Shown here in pieces: positions 30,601 through 38,955 of a DNA stretch of 64,000 bases. The notes below the pieces were generated by a model. The model was not told the DNA's origin. It did no database searches and worked only from the letters and a program-made list of their open reading frames with translations. The translations under genes were made by a program, and so were the position numbers. The stretch lies in contig CAWAYW010000019.1 of NCBI GenBank assembly GCA_963786325.1, forward strand, positions 1,027 to 65,026. The letters are read 5' to 3'. Position 1 is the first letter of the stretch, and each line of letters begins with the position of its first letter. The stretch is from Terriglobia bacterium (GTDB taxonomy: Bacteria; Acidobacteriota; Terriglobia; Terriglobales; Acidobacteriaceae).

Positions 30601-31184
30601 TGGGAAAGTACTGTTCCTCCATTCCCCAACTCGCCGGCGTTGTAAACGCTGACACTCACTCCGGGGGAGAGCCCAGTGACCTGAGTGAAGTTTCGCGTCA
30701 CGAGGGGCAAATCGTTCACCATCAGTTTGTTAAGGGTTCTCCCCAGTGCCGAGCTGTCGAGTTGAACCATGAAGGGGGCCGAAGAAACATCTGTCTGCTC
30801 TACACGCGTTGCGAGCTCAAGGCGAAGCTCCACCCTTGATGTCTCAGTTACATACACTTGGACGTTAGGGAGAACCAGAGGTTTAAAATCGGGCTTGTCC
30901 GCCTGCAACTCGTACTTGCCTGAGCGTAGCAATACGAAACCAAATCGCCCCTCCTGGTCGGAGATAATGGATTGTTCGGAACCATACTGATTGGTTAGGT
31001 GAACAATCACGTCCCCGAGAACCGCGCCCGATGGGTCCAGCGTCACTCCTACCAGTGCCCCAGTGGATGCCGTCTGTCCACAGGCCAAGCCTACAAGCCC
31101 AAAGTTGAAGATACACGCTACGAGTAGGTGTTGACGGCGAGGAACGAGGAAATCGAAACACGCCTGAACGTAAGCGGAAATCAA
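27690..31184 (-). CDS. TonB-dependent receptor with N-terminal carboxypeptidase-regulatory-like domain
   Basis: 1164 aa with a signal peptide. It has a CarboxypepD_reg-like beta-sandwich (DPSGAVLGDVIVHLTN...GKYELQADKPDFK), plug and barrel, and the terminal ...LALKYTF. Confidence 0.85.
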   Translation of the reverse strand: MISAYVQACFDFLVPRRQHLLVACIFNFGLVGLACGQTASTGALVGVTLDPSGAVLGDVIVHLTNQYGSEQSIISDQEGRFGFVLLRSGKYELQADKPDFKPLVLPNVQVYVTETSRVELRLELATRVEQTDVSSAPFMVQLDSSALGRTLNKLMVNDLPLVTRNFTQVTGLSPGVSVSVYNAGELGNGGTVLSQLGKSTDGIYVHGARSYDNNWQLDGISVSDVQGSGAISGGIPIPNPDSLEEFKVQTGLYDAAFGRGVGANVSVITKTGSNNFHGTVFEFLRNDFLNANDFFLNRTSRPRPELKQNQFGASIGGPLKKNKVFFYTSYQETRQINGLAAGQTRIACNASLSEPPITDDRSPAALGRLFGGMKGAQGGVAVLPDGSNINPVALSLLKFKLPDGSFLIPTPQTLDSTKPFASRGFSTFTQPCDYAEHQGSASLDSNISQKSRLAGRFFIAKNNQSVTFPALFNPSGNIRGFTSPGNSDFVVFSLAHTYVLSNFLLNEARIGFVRTKTKMGADAPFKWSDVGVLESEMNRNNELPSLGILGSVAMGSVIPRTDTQNSFVLGDTFSFFKGAHSVKFGGSLTRLQDNLGFAGFGSFLQFLSWPDFLLGLNASANGTGTFSSVFSSSDNFGLFDREFRVWEGSGFVQDDFRASRTFTVNAGLRFDRIGQFGDELGRNSSFDVSKANRNPPPGGTLDGYIVPSNFPGTVPPGVTRVNNTFGTYGEGQNAIAPRIGFALQISPGTSRLVVRGGYGIYYSRPTGQTASQSVVGAPFASPRRTSGVSNAAATFQAPFAQPFPTPASFPLFVPYSPTSAVGVSVIAPNFRPAIAQQFSLNLQSELHKGWLLETGYVGTRATHLQRVRSLNQALSASADNPINGMTSNTLANIRSRVPIPGILPDSLREQESEGNSWYNGLETSLTKRLGHGLQLLAAYTFSKILDSDGADVNAISTGNSLTLGDQNSSRQRWGRASFDRAHRFVFSATWTVPSPNHGLARALLGNWTGAAIMTIQSGTALTIADTNATNVFGISQDRAQLSGACSNSQLVRGGSIQSKLNSYFNAPCFISPPIIGADGIGTAFGNSSTGIVDGPGQANIDIAFSKSIVVHESSSIQFRAEFFNALNHPQFANPDTNFSSSTFGVISSTSVNPRVGQLALKYTF

Positions 31185-31413
31185 GATTCACCCTTTCTCT
31201 TGCAACGAATGATTCAAGTTCCCGGAATCACCGCTTGTTTGCTTGAATCAGGTGCTTCGAATAAAATCGCCGTTGACCGTAAAGCACTGTTTAATTTTTT
31301 GACAACTGTCAGTTCTGACAGGGGCAGGGCAAAGCTGTCCGAGGTAGCCTTTTTGAATAAAATTTGTCAGGAAATTCAAAAGCAAGCCCCGAGGTCTGCC
31401 AATAAATCCGAAG

Positions 31414-33606
31414 ATGCCAAGGGCGAACCCACATTTCGTCATTGTTTCGGTTTTGTTCTGTTTCTTGCCTTGTAGCGCTGGGGAAGCGCCGTCCAAGCCC
31501 GTTCGTCGTGTCCTCATCTTTAATGAGGTGGGCACTGCTTACCCTGGTATCAATCTGATGGATCAGGGAATCCGGTCTGCGCTCCGCACTTCATCCTACA
31601 AGCTTGAGGTATATCGCGAGTACATGGATACGCTACTCTTCCCCGATCCGGCCGACCAGCAGCGATTCCGCGATTTCTACATCCGTAAATATCAAAATCG
31701 TAAACCGGACCTAATCATCACCGTGGGGCCGTCACCACTCAAGTTTATGCTGGAGACGCACCACAGCGCTTTTCCGGGCGTTCCGATCGCTTTTTGTTTG
31801 CCGACCTGGGGACCGGGTACCCCCGTGCTGGATTCAGATTTTACCGGGGTTGAAAATGCCTTCGCACCATTTGAGACAATCGAGGCGGCGTTGCGCCTGC
31901 AGCCCTCCACAAAGCACATCGTTGTAGTTGGGGGCGCCGGGGCACACGACAAACTTTTAGAGGAGCGAGTCAGAGACGAGCTGAAGCCTTATGAACGCAA
32001 CTTTGATCTTTCTTACCTGACTAATCTGACCATGCCTGATCTGGTCGAGACACTAAAGCGCCTGCCGAATCACACGATCGTCCTCTTTACAGGTATGGGT
32101 CAGGATGCGGCGGGCACAAAGTTCATTTCCGGGGAGGAAGCCGTCGAAAAAGTTGTTGCCGCCGCGAATGCCCCAGTGTTTGGCTTGAATGACATAAACC
32201 TGGGTCATGGAGAGGTGGGAGGAAAAGTCTCTTACATTCGCGAACAAGGCAGGATTGCTGGAGACATAGCCCTCCGGATGCTTAAAGGGGAAAGACCTCA
32301 AGATATCCCCAGGGTAAGAGATATAACAGCTTACATGTTCGATTCTCGTGCGCTGAAACGCTGGGGCTTCAAGGAGAGTGATCTTCCTCCTGGCAGCATC
32401 CTCCTCTACCGACAGGCCACCGTCTGGGAATCTTACAAGCAGTACATCATTGGCGGGATTGCTCTGATCTTGGCCGAAACGCTGCTCATTTTTGCTTTAG
32501 TCTGGCAGCGGGCTCGGGCAATAAAAGCCGAAACAGAGCGGCGTCGGGCCGAGGAAGCGATTCGCGAGAGCGAGGAGCGTTTCCGGCTGGTTGCGAACAC
32601 CGCACCTGTAATGATCTGGATGTCCCGGACGGACCGAAAATGCAGCTACGTCAACAAGACCTGGTTGGACTTCACAGGCCGCCCACTTGAAGCGGAGCTT
32701 GACGACGATTGGGCCGGAGGCCTTCATCCGGACGATTCGAGCCGCAGTTTGCAAACCTACACCGAAGCATTCGACCGAAGAGAGTCGTTTGAAATGCAGT
32801 ACCGGCTTCGGCGACACGATGGGGAGTATCGCTGGGTTCTGGACAAAGGTGTACCGAGATTTAACCCGGATGGTACTTTCGCTGGCTACATCGGCACTTG
32901 CATAGACATCACGGAACGAATGATCGCAGAGGAGAGTCTCGTCACCATTGGGCGGAGGCTGATTGAGGCCCACGAGGAGGAGCGTACCTGGATCGCGAGA
33001 GAGCTACACGACGACGTCAATCAACGCATGGCACTGTTGGCAATCGAGCTGGATCGATGGAACAAACAACTTCCGCCCTCGGCGGTTGAATTTCACGATC
33101 ACATCCATCACGCCAGCCAGCACCTTTCGGACATCGCCGCGGACATTCAGGCCCTGTCGCACCGCCTTCATTCTTCAAAACTCGAATATCTGGGTCTTGT
33201 GGCAGCAGCTAAGAGCTTCTGCAAAGAGTTGTCCGAGCAACAGAAGGTAGAGATTGACTTCAGCCATGCGGACATACCGCGCGGTGTCCCCAAGGAAATC
33301 TCGCTTTGTCTGTTCCGAGTTTTACAGGAAACTCTGCAGAATGGGGTGAAACACAGTGGCGTGCGGCACTTCAAAGTGGAACTGTGCGGTACAGAGGGAG
33401 AAATTCAACTGACCGTGAGCGACCTGGGAGTTGGCTTTGATCCGCAAGACGCCATCCACCGTCGCGGCCTCGGGCTCATCAGCATGCGAGAGCGACTGCA
33501 ATTGGTGAGCGGTGAGATTTCGATCAATTCACACCCCGGTTCTGGTACCACGGTCCACGCTCGTGTGCCTTTCAGAGGAACTGACTCACTCCTGGCTGTG
33601 GGGTAA
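31414..33606 (+). CDS. Sensor histidine kinase (periplasmic ABC-substrate-binding-like domain, TM, PAS, HisKA_3, HATPase_c)
   Basis: 730 aa with PAS (FRLVANTAPVMIWMS...), HisKA_3 (ELHDDVNQRMALL) and HATPase (LQNGVKHSG...DLGVGFD...GLGLISMRERL). Confidence 0.85.
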   Translation: MPRANPHFVIVSVLFCFLPCSAGEAPSKPVRRVLIFNEVGTAYPGINLMDQGIRSALRTSSYKLEVYREYMDTLLFPDPADQQRFRDFYIRKYQNRKPDLIITVGPSPLKFMLETHHSAFPGVPIAFCLPTWGPGTPVLDSDFTGVENAFAPFETIEAALRLQPSTKHIVVVGGAGAHDKLLEERVRDELKPYERNFDLSYLTNLTMPDLVETLKRLPNHTIVLFTGMGQDAAGTKFISGEEAVEKVVAAANAPVFGLNDINLGHGEVGGKVSYIREQGRIAGDIALRMLKGERPQDIPRVRDITAYMFDSRALKRWGFKESDLPPGSILLYRQATVWESYKQYIIGGIALILAETLLIFALVWQRARAIKAETERRRAEEAIRESEERFRLVANTAPVMIWMSRTDRKCSYVNKTWLDFTGRPLEAELDDDWAGGLHPDDSSRSLQTYTEAFDRRESFEMQYRLRRHDGEYRWVLDKGVPRFNPDGTFAGYIGTCIDITERMIAEESLVTIGRRLIEAHEEERTWIARELHDDVNQRMALLAIELDRWNKQLPPSAVEFHDHIHHASQHLSDIAADIQALSHRLHSSKLEYLGLVAAAKSFCKELSEQQKVEIDFSHADIPRGVPKEISLCLFRVLQETLQNGVKHSGVRHFKVELCGTEGEIQLTVSDLGVGFDPQDAIHRRGLGLISMRERLQLVSGEISINSHPGSGTTVHARVPFRGTDSLLAVG

Positions 33607-33766
33607 AGAACGTCCAATTCGGTGTTCTAAGCTCGCCCAATAGTCTGTTTCACTGGGAATGAACCGCTGAGTGCTCTGCACAGATTCGCTGGAAGATGAG
33701 GCTGTCTGGCTCGGCTTGACGGGTGCGGACGGCTACGGGCTGCCCGAATGAGGGTAGCATCATTTT

Positions 33767-34024
33767 TCAATTTCTTAGGCGCTTGTTTTGCAGATCATGG
33801 ATAGCCATTGTGAGCTTTCGGAGAGTACGCGGCTTAATGGTATTTTTTCCGTTCTTGAAACTTCTGATGGCGCATTCGGCAACTCTGGATTTGCGAGAGA
33901 GAAGCTTCGTGGAAAATTGTTTTGCCTCTCCCCGGATTTCTTCCAGATATTTCGCGTCGACTACTCTTTCGTACTCGCGGAATGTTTCATGGGTCGGGTC
34001 CAGGGCCCCCGCTTCGGCCATCAT
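33767..34024 (-). CDS. Small XRE-like helix-turn-helix protein
   Basis: The likely start is Met29 of tracked ORF 33767-34108 (MMAEAG). Its ATG overlaps the PolB-like stop (ATGA). The C-terminal SRVAECAIRSFKNGKNTIKPRTLRKLTMAI fits an XRE-type HTH. Confidence 0.5.
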   Translation of the reverse strand: MMAEAGALDPTHETFREYERVVDAKYLEEIRGEAKQFSTKLLSRKSRVAECAIRSFKNGKNTIKPRTLRKLTMAIHDLQNKRLRN

Positions 34025-36498
34025 GGATAGATCGGGCCCGCTCGCCCAGCGCGTTGATGCTTCCTTACCGATGAAGTGAAACTCCCCAGCAATGATGTGC
34101 CTGCGCACAAGCAGGCCGATTGTCTTGCTCGTGCATGTGCTGCCGTTGGGAGTGCAAAACTTGGCCTCGGCTCTGGACAGAAGGTGACTGATTTCGTCTT
34201 CATCGTTTTGAGAGAAAACCAGCCCAAAGGCTTGGGTAAGGTGGATGAATTCTTGTCGTGAATGTAGAAGGTTCCACCACTGACAACATTGACCATCGGA
34301 CGCCCGTGTAAATCATCGAGTTTTTCCGCATAAGGCATGATGAAGTATCCCTTCCAGAGCTGATTTACCTCCTTCTTGGGGAATGGAACGGTTACGACAG
34401 TAAAGGGACGGAGATCCTCCTTGAAACAGCCCAGCCGTTCCATGACCTGAGGTGTTGAAATTGGTATGGCCATAACTGCTGGTTGCTTCAACCAGCGTGG
34501 CGACTGATGTGGAAGGCCCAGCTCTCGCGAAAGGATGAAATGCCACGCCTCAAATATCCAAGGTGGCAAGTCTCGTTTCCATTTCCGTCCTGCCCTTCGC
34601 TGCCAGTCTGCAACACTGTAGGGTGCCTTTAAGAATCCCAATCCGTGGCCAGAGGGTTTGCGAACCAGCAATTGGTTACCTTCCAGGTTGTACTGACAAT
34701 ACAATTTCGCTGAAATACAGTACGCGTAGAGTTGCCGACGCTCGCCGTCTAAAGCGAAGTTCTCTTTTTCCAACTTGAGGAAGGGAACCTTGAGGTTATT
34801 GCGCCATGGGTTTATGGCTTCAAAACGATCCCGTATCTGATCCACGGCAGCATAGGACAGCGCTTTGACGGCAGCGTGCCCGCTCGGCATTTGAAACTTT
34901 TCTACCCTGTGTGGGCCGCCCGCGCATGGAACCAAACCGCCGTCTTTGGTTGAGACGATCATTGCGCTGTCTGTGTCCATCGCTGCGATCTGGCCTCCCA
35001 TGTCTCGCACTGCGCGCTCCAACACGGCGCAGAGCAAATGCGACCCGCCCGTTACGAGTGCAGCGATCACGGGACAATAGAACTCCGCCGGCTGCTCCCA
35101 AACCTTGGCAGTTGGAGTGTGATAGTCCGCTTGCCCGGAAAAAACATGCAAGGGAGAAGGAGAATCTAAGTCCTTGACATTCAGCTGGCAAAGGATGCCG
35201 AACGCGGCGCTATTGGCTGCTACCTTCAATCCGGTCGCCAATTCTGGGTCTTTAGCTTTCATCGCACTGCGCAATTCAATCAACTTAACGGCGAGGTCGT
35301 CACGAAGAGGATCTACTTCAAGTTGACCGTAGAGTTTTATGGGCATCAGTCCGGGTTGCACCCCGTGCGGAATAACCTGAATGGCTTTTAAGATCTTGAG
35401 CTGCTTGCCCGTGGTCACTTTCGCAGCTATTGCGTCCAGGCCCGTGACCCACATAGGCTGCTTTGAAAGGACAAAATTCCACCCCAATGTGGGATCGGAA
35501 TCGTCACGCGCCCCAAACTTCGCGCGGATAGGGATAACGTCTTCGCAGGGTTCGACGAGCGCGAACCAGCGAAGCTGCTTCCAGACTTCCGGGCGGAAAC
35601 AATCGTCCAGAGTTAGACGTTCCGTCATGTCAATCGCACCGTTTGTGAAATCGGCGAACTCCAGACTCTGAGCGCATAGTATTTCCCGGCAGTCGAGCAG
35701 ACTGCGTATCGCCGGGAACTGGGAAAAGAAATCGACGTACGTGATAGGTACTGGGGTTCGTCGGACGGTGCACTCTGAACGCCCTGCGGCAAACGACTGC
35801 GCGCCTATGCCATTGATCTTGTCCGGAATGTTGAATTTTCGCTGCGGCGGTCTTATGCCCATTGCTGAAAAGAAACTATTAGACAGGGTGGCTGGGGAGT
35901 AGCAGCGTTCCGGTTCCGGTGTTATCTTACGCGGGTGGCGGCGCAATTCCTCCCTCAGTCGATTCAGCAATTCCAATTCGCCGACAACAACCCTCAGAAC
36001 ACTGTCAATCGCTCGTTTCGTTACGCGTGGGCGAAGTTTTCGTGCACTACTGCCAGGAGCCCCAAAAATCTCGCGAGCGGACGAGAACGTGTGCGCTTCT
36101 CCGGTAAGAACGGCGGTCAGTGTCTTCAGATCGAGGATATGGACTTTTGATTGTTGCTCTTCTTCGCGTTCATCCTGTTCGTGAAACTTGTACTTGATCG
36201 GGCGGTAGATGGCCTTTGACGCATCCAGACTTTGAATCGAAAGCCCAGGATCGAACGGACTGGGGCGCACCTTGCCGGTTTGCTTGTCCTTGAACATGCG
36301 GAAGTAGAACGAGAACGCGCGCCGGTTTTTCAGCGATTTGTTCCACTTAATTGCAATCCGGCTGATTTGAAATGGTGCATCGTAGGCAACGATGAGCCCT
36401 CCGGACTTCAAATATTTCAGGAAAACCTTGCGACGAAACTCTTCTAGACTTCCGAGTTCATAAGCACTGTTCTTCACGAACCGCTTGAACACCCGCAA
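34021..36498 (-). CDS. Highly divergent family-B DNA polymerase-like protein (protein-primed / primer-independent PolB-like)
   Basis: 825 aa. The motifs occur in the canonical order: YVDFFSQFP (motif A, D256), KVAANSAAFG (motif B, K425), AMDTDS (motif C, D508/D510) and AKLY (KxY, K598). The start is TTG or GTG. Confidence 0.7.
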   Translation of the reverse strand: MRVFKRFVKNSAYELGSLEEFRRKVFLKYLKSGGLIVAYDAPFQISRIAIKWNKSLKNRRAFSFYFRMFKDKQTGKVRPSPFDPGLSIQSLDASKAIYRPIKYKFHEQDEREEEQQSKVHILDLKTLTAVLTGEAHTFSSAREIFGAPGSSARKLRPRVTKRAIDSVLRVVVGELELLNRLREELRRHPRKITPEPERCYSPATLSNSFFSAMGIRPPQRKFNIPDKINGIGAQSFAAGRSECTVRRTPVPITYVDFFSQFPAIRSLLDCREILCAQSLEFADFTNGAIDMTERLTLDDCFRPEVWKQLRWFALVEPCEDVIPIRAKFGARDDSDPTLGWNFVLSKQPMWVTGLDAIAAKVTTGKQLKILKAIQVIPHGVQPGLMPIKLYGQLEVDPLRDDLAVKLIELRSAMKAKDPELATGLKVAANSAAFGILCQLNVKDLDSPSPLHVFSGQADYHTPTAKVWEQPAEFYCPVIAALVTGGSHLLCAVLERAVRDMGGQIAAMDTDSAMIVSTKDGGLVPCAGGPHRVEKFQMPSGHAAVKALSYAAVDQIRDRFEAINPWRNNLKVPFLKLEKENFALDGERRQLYAYCISAKLYCQYNLEGNQLLVRKPSGHGLGFLKAPYSVADWQRRAGRKWKRDLPPWIFEAWHFILSRELGLPHQSPRWLKQPAVMAIPISTPQVMERLGCFKEDLRPFTVVTVPFPKKEVNQLWKGYFIMPYAEKLDDLHGRPMVNVVSGGTFYIHDKNSSTLPKPLGWFSLKTMKTKSVTFCPEPRPSFALPTAAHARARQSACLCAGTSLLGSFTSSVRKHQRAGRAGPIYP

Positions 36499-36561
36499 TT
36501 CTACCGAGTTGGAGTTGTGGATCTTACGATGATAAACAGTTGAAAAAGGCAGGAGATCGGC

Positions 36562-37539
36562 TTACGAATGTACCTTTTTCGGCGTACTGTGTGAACGCAT
36601 TCGCTTGTTTTTGTCGGCGCGCACTTTGTTCGCCAGACGTGGCGACACGTTATGTCTTCGTGCCACGACTGTCAGGACTACTTGATACGTAGGCACCCCA
36701 CCCAGGGGATAAGATGATTCGAGGCCCTTGTAGGCAGTGCAAATTTCCTTGAGATCGCTATTACTCAATACAGTTTTGGGCCGTTCGCGAAGAAATCCCC
36801 CAGCAGCCGCGTCAAGGAGGGGCTCACCCTGTTTCTTTGCTGCCAGTTTGTCCCACTTCTTATTCAACCACCTGACGAAAGCAGCATAGTCACTAAATCC
36901 GGGGCGCATCCATGGTTTTGGATCGTCAGCGAGTTGCAACATTTCAAGCTCAAAGACCGCTGCTGAGGCTGCCATTCTCGTGGGGCTGAGATAAGTGTCT
37001 GTCTCTCGTGCAATTTTCTGCTTGCGGTTCCAGTATCCCTTCCACCAACGCTCTGCGGCCGCTCTTCGGCTCTTTACTGAGTCAGGAGAACTCGCAAGTC
37101 TCCCTAGCATCAGTTCCGCGATGGCGAATGTTTTCCATCCGCAGTACTCCCACTCTAACGGATGCGCCTGCTGGAAAGAGGTAAGCAGCGCAGCTATGTT
37201 ATTGGCCGCGTCTCTCTGGAAACGCATACGCTGATATTTGCGATAGTACTCACGGTTAGTGATGTTGATATCTAACTGGAACTTGGCGAAACGTGCTCGA
37301 GCCTCGTCGTCTGGCTGTCGCACGCGCCCGAATCTGGTGCCGGCAATTCTTTCGCCCAAGCTAAGCCTCGGGCTGGGACTCTCAGGCAAGTTATTCACGG
37401 GCGCCGTTGAGCGCTCGCCGTGAATGTACTGGCGGATTAGCCCGGGCAAGTCTTCGGGGCGGATTGCAATTTCTGACTGAAGCTGTGCGCCACGGGCCCG
37501 GACTTCGGCTGTTACAACGTCCCCAGTTCCATTGCGCAT
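36562..37539 (-). CDS. Hypothetical protein (325 aa), first gene of the PolB module
   Basis: Long ORF with an ATG start. I recognise no domain. The C-terminus is basic (KVRADKNKRMRSHSTPKK). It is in the same reading frame as the PolB-like ORF. Confidence 0.5.
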   Translation of the reverse strand: MRNGTGDVVTAEVRARGAQLQSEIAIRPEDLPGLIRQYIHGERSTAPVNNLPESPSPRLSLGERIAGTRFGRVRQPDDEARARFAKFQLDINITNREYYRKYQRMRFQRDAANNIAALLTSFQQAHPLEWEYCGWKTFAIAELMLGRLASSPDSVKSRRAAAERWWKGYWNRKQKIARETDTYLSPTRMAASAAVFELEMLQLADDPKPWMRPGFSDYAAFVRWLNKKWDKLAAKKQGEPLLDAAAGGFLRERPKTVLSNSDLKEICTAYKGLESSYPLGGVPTYQVVLTVVARRHNVSPRLANKVRADKNKRMRSHSTPKKVHS

Positions 37540-37571
37540 TGGTGTGCCAGATGCGAGTATGATACCTCTTG

Positions 37572-37594
37572 TAATACTTGCCTTGCAAGTATTA
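37572..37594. promoter_or_regulatory. Perfect 10-bp inverted repeat (TAATACTTGC-CTT-GCAAGTATTA) in the divergent control region
   Basis: Read directly from the sequence. It lies between the minus-strand start at 37539 and the plus-strand start at 37605, which is operator-like placement. Confidence 0.5.
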
Positions 37595-37604
37595 TCATTC
37601 CAAT

Positions 37605-37784
37605 ATGGGGCTCGAGTTCACGCCAGAAGTTCGGGCGTTCTACAAGCAACTAGCCAGTTTGGGAGGCAAGGCTCGGGCTAAGAAATATGACCATGCCACT
37701 CTGAGCGAATGGGCCAAGCGTGGCGGGCGCCCGAAGAAAAGCGCACAGAGGAAGAAGCTGAATAAGCGCACGTCGCCCGGGTAA
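37605..37784 (+). CDS. Small basic protein (59 aa) upstream of the integrase; possible excisionase or regulator
   Basis: The tracked ORF 37578-37784 starts at a TTG inside the palindrome, so the ATG at 37605 is more plausible. It is Lys/Arg-rich (GGKARAKKY...RGGRPKKSAQRKK). The function is a guess from position only. Confidence 0.4.
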   Translation: MGLEFTPEVRAFYKQLASLGGKARAKKYDHATLSEWAKRGGRPKKSAQRKKLNKRTSPG

Positions 37785-37798
37785 AGGAGCGGATAGAA

Positions 37799-38923
37799 AT
37801 GAACAGCAAGGTGAAGAAGATTCGGGGGATATTCGAGAAGGTGCCTGGGTCCGGCGTGTGGTGGATTCAGTACTTTGACGCTCAGGGGAGGCGCCGGCGC
37901 GAGAAAGCTGGGCTGAGGAGCTCGGCAATCAGCCTCTATCGTAAGCGCAAGACCGAGGCGCTCGAAGGAAAGAAGTTGCCAGAAAAGTTGCGCACAAGAG
38001 TTGTCAAATTCTCCGAGTTGGCGGACGACGCGCTGGAATACTGCAAGGCAAATAATCTCGGCCACCAATTTGACCGTTACCGTATCGGGCGTCTAATGGA
38101 CGAGTTCGGATCACACTCGGCTGATCTTCCTATCGAGGACCTTCGGCGCTGGTTCACGGAGCAGCAATGGAAGCCGGCGACCTTTAACCGCTACAAGTCA
38201 ATGCTTTCGCTCATTTACCGCCTAGGCGTCGAGCATGGAAAGGTCACGTCGAACCCAGCTAAGCTGTTGAAGCGTAAACGGGAGGATAACGGGCGTGTGC
38301 GGTTCCTAAATCAGTATTCGCCAGAAGAAGAGTCCCGGTTACGAGCCGCGATCGAAGCAGGCGCGGCCGGTCATACGGCTGAGTTTGAGATCGCGCTGCA
38401 CACGGGTATGAGGCCAAGCGAACAGTATGGGCTCACTTGGGATCGCGTTGATCTGATCCGTCGATTTGTGACCATACCTAAGAGCAAAAACGGCAAGATG
38501 CGACACATTCCGCTAAACTCCACCGCGCTGGCTGCCTTCCAGGGGCTCTTTTCGCGGTCGCGTGCCGAGGGTCCAGTATTTGTCAATACTCACGGGAAGA
38601 CTTTGAAGGGTTATAAGCATTGGTTTGAGCCTGCGGTACGGAACGCCAAGACTAAAGATTTCACTTGGTATTGTCTCCGGCACACCTTTGCCAGCAGACT
38701 GGTGATGGGGGCAGTCGATCTGCGCACAGTGGCTGAGTTGATGGGCCACAAAACTATTCAAATGACCATGAGGTATGCGCACCTAGCTCCGGCGCACAAC
38801 CTAGCGGCAGTCGAAAGGCTTAGCCCGCAGCCTGCGGTCGTCGTTCAAAAGGGCTCAAGTGCCACCACAAGTGCCACCGCCCAATTAGAGTCCGTTCTTT
38901 CCGTAGCCAGCGCCATGCAGTAA
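37799..38923 (+). CDS. int: Tyrosine integrase (phage-integrase family), intact
   Basis: 374 aa with HTGMRPSEQ (R), CLRHTFAS (HxxR) and LMGHKTIQMTMRYAHL (H...Y). It stops 32 nt before tRNA-Lys. Confidence 0.9.
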   Translation: MNSKVKKIRGIFEKVPGSGVWWIQYFDAQGRRRREKAGLRSSAISLYRKRKTEALEGKKLPEKLRTRVVKFSELADDALEYCKANNLGHQFDRYRIGRLMDEFGSHSADLPIEDLRRWFTEQQWKPATFNRYKSMLSLIYRLGVEHGKVTSNPAKLLKRKREDNGRVRFLNQYSPEEESRLRAAIEAGAAGHTAEFEIALHTGMRPSEQYGLTWDRVDLIRRFVTIPKSKNGKMRHIPLNSTALAAFQGLFSRSRAEGPVFVNTHGKTLKGYKHWFEPAVRNAKTKDFTWYCLRHTFASRLVMGAVDLRTVAELMGHKTIQMTMRYAHLAPAHNLAAVERLSPQPAVVVQKGSSATTSATAQLESVLSVASAMQ

Positions 38924-38955
38924 GTGTCTAGGAATGTGTTAGATTAAATAAAAGT

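Noticed and set aside
33600-33770. Left-end att repeat of the PolB element (a copy of part of tRNA-Lys)
   Set aside because: I looked for tRNA-Lys 5'-half, 3'-half or anticodon-loop sequence in either orientation in this intergenic stretch. I saw only trivial similarity (GCTCGCCCAATAG versus GCTCACCATATA), so the left boundary stays undefined.
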